DNA of 64,000 nucleotides, from the NCBI GenBank assembly GCA_012295275.1, contig CM022666.1, forward strand, positions 12,896,001-12,960,000, read 5' to 3'. Shown piece by piece: positions 1 through 11,078 of this stretch. Both the position numbers and the translations under genes were made by a program. The notes below the pieces were generated by a model. It did not search any database. It saw only the letters and a program-made list of their open reading frames with translations, and was not told the origin of the DNA. The DNA comes from Chrysomallon squamiferum (lineage: Eukaryota > Animalia > Mollusca). Numbering within the stretch: the stretch's first letter is position 1; each line of letters starts with the position of its first letter.

Positions 1-704
1 AATGTAGTAAATAGTATATCAGCAGAGTGACAGACAATTGGGAAAAAACTATTATTATAGAGCTGTGTATTGATTGGAATGCATTAAATAATTTGTATGA
101 GAAACTGAAGCCATAAATGTAAACACAGGTTTCTTAAATCATAATGTTGTCTAAAAGTAATCATATTAATGTATGTATGACAAAAAAGTCAGACTGAAAA
201 TGAAGGTGATACAAATTAATCTAGAACATATACACGATAGTTTGATTATCATTATATTGTTCTTCCACTGAATGAATCTTACTATTGTGATTGAAAAAAT
301 AATGAGGTTATTTTTCTCGATACCAGATACTCAGTGTTGGAACATAACAATGTACTTTGAGAAGCCACTATTTAATATTTCTTTACTGAAACATTAAATA
401 AAAGTGTAAAATGCCATGTAGTAATAGGCCATATAAATGATCAGCTGGAGAAAGAAACATATTTATTTTGGACAGTAATCAACCTGAGAGATGGAAATAG
501 GTCTAACTGTACTGGTGATTTCTTATGTCATTATTCTTTTTAGCCCATTTTTCTATTGAAAATTAATAACCTTCAGCAAAATGGAAGGAAATATCAGAAA
601 CATAACATTAAATTTCTTAATGAGGCAGTCACAGATGTATTAATCTTGATGTAAAGATACACAATCTTTTTAAAAAGATATACAATCTTACATTATCTTC
701 TCAG

Positions 705-753
705 AACTCACCTCAGTTATCAAAGTAGGGTGCCTTTGAATACAACTTTACAG
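705..753 (+). other. Putative 49-nt internal exon of a transcript entering from the left
   Basis: Flanked by ttatcttctcAG and CAG|GTAAGT. The mirror copy (12241-12289, -) keeps the donor but has acceptor AG changed to CG. Confidence 0.5.
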
Positions 754-2049
754 GTAAGTACTAAAATACATAGTAACTTCATAACACGAAGTGAAAATAA
801 ACATTCATGATCAAGATTTGTTTCATAAGCATTCTGAAGAGTGCAGTTTTAACATGAGGCACTTTTGACAAATATATGAACACTTTAGCTGTTATGGTTA
901 CAATTTTCATTATGCAAATCACTAACTCACAGTTGTCACATCAGTGAAATTTCTTTACATTTTCTTCAGTGTGCATCTGATTTAGAAATATTTAACAGTT
1001 TAACTTAGTTTCCGTTTTCATCAAAATGCTTAATACTGGCAGACTTATCATTCTTTATCTGACTTGCATTTCTTTTCTATCTGTAAGTAAGGGTGTATGT
1101 GTACATTTGTCTGTATATGTGTACATACATAACAATTTTGTTTCAGAAACATTCGATTTCTTCTCTGTTTATTCAGTTCGTGTTCTGACTCTTGAATCAC
1201 TGCTACAGCTGCCTAGCTGGTGTAGACTTGATCCTGAATTACCCCAATTGCTCATCCAACATCCAGAAGATCCTCTGTATTACACATTAAAAAAAAACCA
1301 CACCGATAATACAATTAGCATCAAGGCATGTGTCGGTCTGTTGACATTTATAGAGGTTTCTGTGTAATTCTGTGCTTATGTGTTTTAGTATTTGCACATG
1401 ATACATTGACATTATACTTTCTTAACCACTTCACGAAACAAGTTACTTAATATATTATTTATATTGTCAAAAATTAAAATAATATAAATATTCCTCAAGT
1501 TATTTCCGATTGGATGCCTGGATGTCTAAAAAATGATGTAAATAAATAAATAAATAAATAAATGATAATTTTAGTACAGATAGTATTGTCAAGTGTTATT
1601 CATATATCAGTATATACTTACGAAGACCTTTTTCATTTATCTCCCAGTCGTAACCATGAATCATATTATCAGAGTCGGTGTCCGTATGACGCCATTTATG
1701 TCGAAGTATGAACTCAGCACCATCACTAGCAGATATTGTGTGATACCTTTAGTAACTAAATAAACGAATGAATAATCAGCCTGGAAATCATTTACACGTT
1801 CGATAATAAATCAGTGCGTGTATATATATATACAAGTGTGTGTGTGTGAGCTTACGAGTGCAGGTATATGTGTTTCTTGTAAAAGATGTGACATAAAATT
1901 ACCCAAACTGAAAAATATTGTTTTCACACTTGCAGTATATGAAACTTCCATATTTATCTAGTTCTCCAAGTTTCACTTTCTATCTCTCCGCAAGTAAGTG
2001 CATCTTTGAGTGTGTGTCTCTACTTACATAAATATTACTGACTACTTAA

Positions 2050-2255
2050 ATGAAAACTGAACTCCATGCCACGTTGAAAAAAAAATGGCGTCTAACGAAA
2101 ATCTCCGATGTCGTCTGCTTTCGCCTTATCAATATGACGTCAGTAACTGCAATGACATCACTAGCTGTTCGCTAAGTGGAAGGTTATCGATTTATGAGAA
2201 ACTTGTAATATAATTTGAACTATGCTGCTACGATCGAACATTATCGATGAGAACG
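2050..2255 (+). promoter_or_regulatory. YY1/CRE module, copy 1 of 5
   Basis: AAAATGGCG and TGACGTCA in a CpG-rich ~200-nt unit; the terminal donor is decayed. Confidence 0.45.
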
Positions 2256-2584
2256 CAATATTGAAAAGATATTCTGTGTTACAGATTAAATAAAATAAAT
2301 AAATAAATAAATAAATTGAAAAATAAAAAGTAACCAAGTTACAACATCTATAGAGATCTGTGTAATTTTATGAATATTCATATTTTATGAGTGCTCACAT
2401 GGTACATTCGCGTTTTTAACTACTTCATGTAACAAATTACATAATGTATTATTTATATTGTCAAAAATTTAAATAATATATCTGTAATTATTTCGGATAA
2501 ACTGCTTTCAAGGCTGATTTCAGGAGAAGAAAAAAATAATGATAATAATAATAAATGTTAATTTAAATACACGTATTTCTTTAA

Positions 2585-4385
2585 GTATGTAGCGGCAGAC
2601 AGTTACATTTAAGTCATGGTACAAAATTTGAAAGATCGGTCATTTTTAACCTCTTTCAACTCGGCTTAGAAGCAACCTGTAACATTATGAATTGTATGGA
2701 AATAAATATGAAAATATTGTCATGAGTTATTCAGTGAATTTGTAACCCGTATTTGAAACGGCGACATTTTAAATGCTCCCTGCAGAGCACGCGCATGGGT
2801 TTGGACCCCGAAAACCGTACCTTACTCCGTAGCGACAGCCTCTGTTTATTAACAGGCTACATATATGGCTGTTTCTAGCTCTGTTGGAAAGCTGCCAATT
2901 GCAGCAGCATGGAAATGAAACAAAATAGCCACATTTTTTCTTGATAAATTCACTTCAAATGCAAATTACGACTTTTTGCAATACCTTTTAACACCCCACA
3001 ACTCTGGTATCTGGTATCATTCGAAAGCTTGTTTAATCTCCCTTTGTATGGTATTTCAAACTAAGCACACGATTCACGTAGGCGGCGGCCACTTCCAGTA
3101 TAACCTCTACCACTGACGATTTCAAAACCTCTGCGTTCAAAATGCACAAAGTACAGTTTATCGCGAATTCGGCACCATCTTGTTCTGTCAATTATCACGA
3201 TTATTCGGTTAATGTTTCATATAAAGTCTTTCAAGGATTCATTTTGTTTGTATCCACATATTTTGTATATATATCTATATCTATTTTTCTATCTATCTAT
3301 CTATCTATATATTGTTTGTTTTTTTTGTTGTTTTGTTTTGTTTTTTACACGGAAAAGCACTAGCATTACCGAAGCGTAAAGAACTTGAAAAATCTACGGA
3401 TGAAACGATTCACTTAAAAAAAAGTTGGTTTCTTTTGCTGAAACGTTTTGTGATGTCAACAATGTTAGTCTTATACACTTGTCTTTTATTTTGATCGGGA
3501 ATGAAAAATATGCCGTACATTTTAAAAATTATTTTGCAGTTTAGTTTTTCACATTCAGAGGGTTTTACGGCGATCTGGTCCAATTGCTGTCGCCATGGAA
3601 AGTCGCGGATTCAGGTTTGATCTACACTTGAAAATCAACCTATTGCTTCTACGTCTTGCTTCACCTTCACTGCTAACAACTGAAACACATTATTTTGTTT
3701 TATTCCAAACAATACAAGATATTAAAGAAAAGTTTGGAAGTATTATCACGTCAGCAACAAAACACAGACGTGTGTGGAATGTGATTCTGAAGGAAACTGA
3801 CGATGAAGTTCATGATAGTCACTTGGTTACTGGAGGAAGATCTGTTTTTCTCATCTTTAGAAAATTGGATTATGAGGCACAATCCAATGATCACTGTCAA
3901 AACAAAACAAGTAAATAAAAATAAATAAATAAATAGTTTCAGGTTTCACGTTTTTAGATCCCCAAACCCAAAAAGCTATCATCTGAAATGGAAGGATATA
4001 CAGTCAAAAACGATGCTTTCTGCACTTTTCTCATTTTAAGTTCATGTATTTGTTTTTCTTTTTTTCACGAGCTGACATTCTTTTAATAATGCACACTCAG
4101 TCTTGAAAATTTGTGAGGTACTTCTTATGTCAGTAGTAGAACAGATCTCAAGAAATGGTTTCTGTCATTTGTTAATTAAAATGACGTTAAAGTTTGTTGT
4201 GAATGGCTGAAAATGGCTCATATCTTATTTCCTGGTGCTGTCCCAGTGTAGTCAGTATTCAAAATGTCGTTTCTCAAAAAGTAAGGAAGAACTCAGAATA
4301 CATGTTTTTTCCTTCTGCGTTTGTATTTAAAAGGTATGTATATATATAAAAAATGAAATTAGATATAAATTTTAAAATTAATGCC
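2585..4385. mobile_element. Non-autonomous TTAA-flanked DNA transposon (Kolobok-like), left-arm copy
   Basis: TTAA at 2581-2584 and 4386-4389. The left end GTATGTAGCGGCAG matches the TIR of the right-arm copy; the right TIR is partly deleted. It interrupts a local repeat unit whose empty site is seen at ~1590 and ~22670. Confidence 0.7.
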
Positions 4386-4804
4386 TTAAGTCTCATTCAT
4401 ATGAATGTATGTACTTACGACACTTTCTCATTTATCCCTCAGTTGTAACCATAAATCATATCAACAACGTCCGGGCATTCCTGTCAGTCAAATCGTTGTT
4501 GTGCAATAAATCCGACAGATTTTCTACTACAGACACCATTATTGCTAGTAGACACAGTAGAAAACCTTAAGTAAATAAATAAATAAATAAATAAATAAAC
4601 AGCCTGTAAACCATTTACATATTATTCGATAATAAATTAGAGCGTGTCTGTTTCTTGTAAACCATATCGTGATATAAAATTACAAAAAACTATAATGTAT
4701 GCACAGAAACGCTCTTATACTATTATATAAAATTTGCATTTCTATCGATTTCTCTGAGTAAGCGTGTATGTTGTGTGTTTGTGTGTACATACTTAACAAT
4801 GAAG

Positions 4805-5027
4805 ACTTAAATGAAAACAGAGCTCCACGCCATTTGCAACACCATGGCGTCTGACGAAAATCACCACTGTCGTCTGCTTCCGCTCTGTAAGGAAGTTTAT
4901 AAATATGACGTCACCAATTACAATACCGTCACTCGCTGTTTGCTAGGTAAATGGAATGTCATGGATTTTGGTGAACTCGTAAGATAATTTGAAATATGCT
5001 ACTACGATCGGACATTGTCGGTGAGTA
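4805..5027 (+). promoter_or_regulatory. YY1/ETS/CRE module ending in a splice donor, copy 2 of 5
   Basis: CCATGGCG, CTTCCG, TGACGTCA, ending in TCG|GTGAGT. Confidence 0.5.
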
Positions 5028-5934
5028 AATAAAATTTAATTCTATTTTTATTTGTTTGTCAGGTCATTTGTCAACTTGGCATCAAGATTCAGTGACTGGG
5101 TTTTCCGAAAATTAATCTATGGTTCTTGATCGGAAATTAATTTTCGAAATTGGTATTTATCAAAATGGGCATTAAGTTCTTTAATAATCCGATCTATATT
5201 ACTTTGGCGTACCGTCTATATCACCGTCCAGTTTAATTAACTTTTAAAAGTTTTATAAAATTCAATATCTTTTTGAATTTCAATAATTATTTAAAACAGT
5301 GTACAAAACAAAACAAATGTCATTTGTAGTTAATAGTAGTAAGAATTAGACAGATAAATCAACATACACAAGTTTACAGAAACACATACGAACAGAAAGA
5401 AAGAAAACATGAGAAACAAAATAAGAAAGAAGAAAAAAAAAAAACAAAAACAAGAAGAAACAAGAAAAAAGAAGAAAAAAGAAAGAATAAGACAAACAAG
5501 AAACACATACGAACAGAAAGAAAGAAAACATGAGAAACAAAATAAGAAAGAAGAAAAACGAGAAAAAAGAAAACAAGAAGAAACAAGAAAAAAAAAGAAA
5601 AAAAAGAAAGAAGAATAACACAAAGCAAGGATAAATAAGAAACAATGAAAATAAATGTATCCAAGGAATAATTAAAAACAAAACAAAAACAATCTGTCTT
5701 TCACAAAATCACACAATCTATATTTATTTATTTATTACTGACACTACCAAAACTTTTGTAAACTTTAAAAGAAATCAAATAAAAATATATTTATAAACTA
5801 TTTTGTTGTTTGTTTTACCTATTTACTGTAAACAATTAATTATTAAATAAAACGATTTGAAAAATGATTCCGTTTGTTTTTACTGTTTTCTTTAAATTAT
5901 ATTAAATGAAATAAGTAGAATTAAATTTAATGTA

Positions 5935-6150
5935 ATCACAGACATTGTCCGATCGTAGCAGCATATTTCAAATTATTTTAAAAGTTCTCCAAAATCCATG
6001 ACCTTCCAGTTACCTATCTCGAGTGACGTTGTTTCACTTGTTGACGTCATATTTATAAACATCCGATCACAGCCAAAGCAGACGACATCTGAGATTTTCA
6101 TCAGGCGCCATGTTTTTGTAACTTTGCGTTGAGTTCTGTTTTCATTTGAA
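5935..6150 (-). promoter_or_regulatory. YY1/CRE module, copy 3 of 5 (unpaired, in the palindrome spacer)
   Basis: Reverse-complement homology to 4805-5027; ATGGCG and TGACGTCA retained. Confidence 0.45.
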
Positions 6151-7006
6151 TCTTCATTATTACGTACGTACACAAACACACAAAGATACACTTACATAAG
6201 CAGAGAAAAACCCACTAACACTGAAATGTATCGTATTTTAGTGTCAAAAGAATAATTTGCAATGACAAGAAACATAAATTGTTAAAACAAATAAATCTAA
6301 AAATGTTCTGTATTAAAAAAAAATTAATTAAAATAACGTTAATAAATATGTGTCTTGTGTATTTTCTGAAACAATGTCTCTAATTTGAAATTAGGATATC
6401 ATCTGGGGATTCCGGTTCGGTCTAACTACTATTCTGTATTTAAATTAACAATATCTTTTATTTTTATTATTATTATTATTTAATTTTTTTTTTTTTTTTT
6501 TTTCAGGTAATATGTTCAGCATATTTGATCAATGGATGGAAATAGTATTAAATGTGGACAGATAAAGAGGAACGTCCTGAATAACAGAGAAAAAGAATAA
6601 TCAGGAAAATGAATAAATGAGAAAAAGAATAATCAGGAAAATGAGTAAAAGAAAAGAAAGAAAATCAAACATTTTTAAATTATGAAAACTTAATAATTTG
6701 AGAAAGTGAGACAGTGCAGGAAAAAGAAAGCTGAAAGTAAATGTGAATGTCAAGAAGGTAAAACATATTTTTAATTATTTTACTTGTTTGATCGTTTATC
6801 ATTATTTTTCACATCGTCTTATGAATTAGTGAAACACAGAATAAGGTGACATATTTAATTATAATTAAAATGATGAAAAGATATGATACATCACTGAAAA
6901 AACCAAACTATTTGTTTAACGTTATGTTATCATTATATTTTTTACTATAGAGTTTAATGCTAATATGGATATTTTCAAATGAAAATTAACACTGATGTTT
7001 TGTGTT

Positions 7007-7130
7007 CTGTACCTAAGGTGAACAGTCCCCCAGGACTCATTTTCAAGTTTGAGTAATCCTGTATTAGCCACTCTGAGGTGGGGTGTCATTACTCACCAAG
7101 TGGCTCACTGTCGCTGCATTTAAGGTACAG
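7007..7130 (+). other. 124-nt fold-back element (structured RNA or MITE remnant)
   Basis: Ends pair (CTGTACCTAAGGTG / CATTTAAGGTACAG), with inner stem ACAGT/ACTGT and two internal hairpins. Confidence 0.4.
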
Positions 7131-7153
7131 TTTATTTAAATATGAAATTGCTC

Positions 7154-7197
<44 letters not shown>

Positions 7198-8369
7198 TAA
7201 AATGGTGAGGAATAATTAATAAATGTTTTGATTTTCTTTCAATAAAAACTTACTTTCTAAACAACTTCTAATATTAGTATTGTTAGTGATAAATTATTCG
7301 TAAAGTAAACAAACACAGTATTTTAATTAATTATTTTTTGTAGAAAATATTGAAAACCAAAAACAAACACACTAATTTCAAAAATCTTTTTATTTCATTT
7401 AATAGTTATTTGTTTACAGAAAATAATAAAAACAAACATAATAAATTTAAAATTCCTTTTACTTCATTCATTAATTAACTGGGTACAAAAAACAGTAAAA
7501 CAAAAAAGAAAATGTTTTTAAAATTCGTTTTCAACAGAATAGTTTATAAAAGCATTTTCATTTCATTTAAATTTTACAAAAGTTTTTGTAGTGTTAGTAA
7601 TAAAAACAAAAAACCAACAGTTATCTTTTTAGCAAAAGTAAGAAAAACAACAACAATAAAATAAATAAATAAATAAATAAATAAATAAGAAAATAACAAA
7701 CTAAGAATGATTTCAAAATTAAGTTTAATTTAAAAACATTTCTGTGTAGTTCTGTGAGAAAGAGAGAGAATGTTGTTTTCCTTTTTATTTCTCCTTGGCT
7801 GTCTTTATTTTCTTCTTGTTTCTTATTTATTTATTTATTTATTTTTTTTTTTTTTTTTTCTTCTTATTCGTTTTTCTTGTTATTTGTTCTTTGTTCTTCT
7901 TGTTTCTTTTTCTTTGTTATTTTTCTTGTTTATCTTGTTTCTCCTAACTTATATTTCTTGTTTTCTTTCTTTTGTTTGTATGTATGTATATGTTTGTATA
8001 TGTGTGTTTAACATTCTAATTCTTAACTATTCCTAATCGATTAACCACATACAACATTTGTTTTGTGTCATACACTATTTTAAATAATTATTCAGATTTA
8101 AAAAGATATTTAAAGTTTACAAGCGTCAGCCGAAATATTATAATAATTTTAGAAGTTAATTAAACTGGACGGTGATATAGACGGTATGCCAAAGTAATAT
8201 AGATCGAGTTATTAAAGAACTTAATGCCCAATTCGATAAATACCAATTTCAAAAATTAATTTCCGATCAAGAACCATAGATTAGTTTTCGGAAAACCCAG
8301 TCACGGAATCTTGATAACAAGTTAACAAATGACCTGACAAACAAATAAAAATAGTTTTAAATTTTATTT

Positions 8370-8558
8370 ACTCACCGACAATGTCCGATCGTAGCAGCAT
8401 ATTTCAAATTATTTTACGAGTTCACCAAAATCCATGACCTTCCATTTACGTAGCAAACAGCGAATGACGGTATTGTAATTGGTGACGTCATATTTATAAA
8501 CTTCCTTACAGAGCGGAAGCAGACGACATGTTGCAACGTGGCATGGAGCTCTGTTTTT
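8370..8558 (-). promoter_or_regulatory. ETS/CRE module ending in a splice donor, copy 4 of 5
   Basis: Mirror of 4805-5027; GTGAGT donor and TGACGTCA intact, ATGGCG segment deleted. Confidence 0.5.
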
Positions 8559-8861
8559 GGAGAGAAAGAGACAGAAACGCAAGCTTTATAAACTAGTATT
8601 AGAACTTTTCTGTGCATATATTATAATTGTTTGTAATTTTGCATCACGATGTGGTTTATTTATTTATTTATTTATTTACTTAAGGTTTTTTGCTCTGTCT
8701 GCTAGTGATAATGGTGTCTGTAGTCGGAAATCTGTCGGATTTATTGCACAACAACGATTTGACTGAATGCCACGGACGTTGTTGATATGATTTATGGTTA
8801 CAACTGAGGGATAAATGAGAAAGTTGTCGTAAGTACATACTTTCATATGAATGAGACTTAA

Positions 8862-8895
8862 GGCAGGTAGCGGTAGTATTAATTTTAAAATTTAT

Positions 8896-8926
<31 letters not shown>

Positions 8927-10521
8927 CTCTCAATTAAACATAACTTTTGAATACAAACGCAGAAGGAAAAAACAAGTGTTCTGAGTGGTTCCTAACTTTT
9001 TGAAATATGACATTTTGAATACTGACTACACTGGGACAGCACCAGGAAATAGGATATAAGCCATTTTCAGCCTTTCACAACAAACGTTAACTTCATTAAT
9101 TAACAAATGACAGAGACCATTTCTTGAGATCTGTTCTACTACTGACACAAAAGTAAACTCACAAATTTTCAAGGCTGAGTATGCATTATTAAAAGAATGC
9201 CAACTCGTGAAAAAAAGAAAAACAAATACAGGAGCTTAAAATGAGAAATGTGCAAAAAGCACCGTTTTTTGACTGTATATCCTTCCATTTCAAATAATAC
9301 ATGTTGTCTGGGATCTAAAAACGTGAAACCTGAAACTGTTTGTTTATTTTCATTTACTTTTTTGTTTTGTCAATGATCATTAGATTGTGCCTCATGATCC
9401 AGTTTTTAAACATGAGAAAACGTACCACATGATTCGTACGGACATGATCAGACAGTCACTACATAATGAACTAACAGAACAATTTCACGTCAGAAAACGT
9501 GATTATCTAATAGAGAATAAGACGTAATGTAATGAATCCACTTGAGATTTATTGGTTGTGTTTTGATCTTGTACGTTTCATGACAGCACCTGTAATTTAT
9601 TTATTTATTTATTTACTTATTTATTTACTTTTTTGCTTTGACAATGATCGTCATATGATCCAATTTTCTAAACATGAGAAAAAGACCAACATGATTAAAA
9701 CAGATCTATGGAGACGATTAAAACTAGTTCAAACAGATCTCCCTCCAGTAACCAAGTGACTATCATCAACTTCTTGTCATCGTCAGTTACCTTCAGAATC
9801 ATATTCCGCACACGTTTTTGTTTTGTTGCTGACGTAATAATACATCCAACTATATTTCAGGACTTTTTTTAATATCTTGTATTGTTTGGAATAAAACAAA
9901 ATAATGTGTTTCAGTTGTTAGCAGTGAAGGTGAAGCAAGACGTAAAACCTATAGGTTGATTTTCATGTGTAGATCAAACCTGAATCCATGACTTACCATG
10001 GCGACAGCGATTGGACGAAATCGCCGGAAAACCCTTTGAATGTCAAAAACTATTTTTAAAAATATACATTGTATTTTTCATTCCTAATCAGAATAAAAGC
10101 AGTGTATAAGACTAGCATTGTTGACTTCACAAAACGTTTCAGCAAAAGAAACCTTTTTTTTTTTTTTTTAAAGTGAATCGGTTCGTCCGTTGATTTTTCA
10201 AGTTCTATTGCGCTTCCATGATGCGAGTGCTTTTGCGTGCAAAATATATATACAAAAACAACTGGATAAAAATTAAATAAATTCTTTTTGAATAAGTTTA
10301 TGACAAACATTAAATGAATTCTTGAATAAGTTTATAAGACACATTAACTAAATAATCGTGACATACCAAGGTGGTGCCAAATTCGCCGATAAACTGTACT
10401 TTACGGTCGATGCTATTTTGAACGCAGAGATTTTCAAATCGTCTGAGGTAGAAGTTATACTGGAAGTGGCCGCTGTCCCAGTGAACTGTGTAGTTAGTTT
10501 AATGTAACTGCCGCTACCTAC
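8862..10521. mobile_element. Non-autonomous TTAA-flanked DNA transposon (Kolobok-like), right-arm copy
   Basis: TTAA|GGCAGGTAGCGGTAG ... CTGCCGCTACCTAC|TTAA: imperfect TIR with TTAA duplication. G-starting termini fit Kolobok better than piggyBac (CC). No transposase ORF seen. Confidence 0.75.
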
Positions 10522-10869
10522 TTAAAGAAATATCTGTTATTATTATTATGATTATTATTTTCTCCTGAAATCACCCTTGAAGGTAGTCTATCCGAAATAA
10601 TTCCAGAGATATTATTTTAATTTTTAATAATATAAATAATATATTATGTAATTTGTTACGTGAAGTAGTTAAGAACGTACAACGCGAATGTATCATGTGA
10701 GCACTCAAAAAAAATGAATACTCATAAAAGTACACATCTCTATAGATGTTATCAAACAGACGTATGCTTTAACGCTAATATTAACTTGATTATTATTATT
10801 ATTTTTTACAGTTTATTTATTTATTTATTTTATATAATCTGTAATACAGAATATCTTTTCAATATTGCG

Positions 10870-11078
10870 TACTCATCGACAATGTCCGATCGTAGCAGCA
10901 TATTTCAAATTATTTTACAAGTTTCTCCCAAATCCATGACCTTCCACTTAGCGAATAGCAAGTGATTTCATTGGAATTGTTGACGTCATATTTTTGAGAG
11001 CGGAAGCAGACGACATCGGAGATTTTCGTTAGACGCCATTTTGTTGCAACGTGGCGTGGAGTTCAGTTTTCATTTAAA
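10870..11078 (-). promoter_or_regulatory. YY1/ETS/CRE module, copy 5 of 5
   Basis: Mirror of 2050-2255; AAAATGGCG, CTTCCG and TGACGTCA present, donor decayed to ATGAGT. Confidence 0.45.

Larger units (their letters stand above)
1..5890. repeat. Left arm of a long inverted duplication (continues beyond the left edge of the window)
   Basis: Reverse-complement matches by eye: 1-27 vs ~12636-12662; 705-753 vs 12241-12289; 1141-1280 vs ~11695-11835; 5030-5310 vs ~8070-8370; 5730-5805 vs ~7530-7600. The arms are colinear with substitutions and indels; the inner boundary is approximate. Confidence 0.95.

Noticed and set aside
1026-1367. 113-aa ORF mirrored at 11665-11946
   Set aside because: Similarity follows from the DNA duplication; N-termini differ, the changes checked were largely non-synonymous, and no domain is recognisable.
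4844-4987. 47-aa ORF MASDENHHCRLL... with a good Kozak context
   Set aside because: The frame is broken differently in the other copies; ATGGCG is better explained as a YY1-type motif.
5330-8036. F/L/K-rich ORFs in the ORF track
   Set aside because: Translations of A-rich low-complexity repeats.
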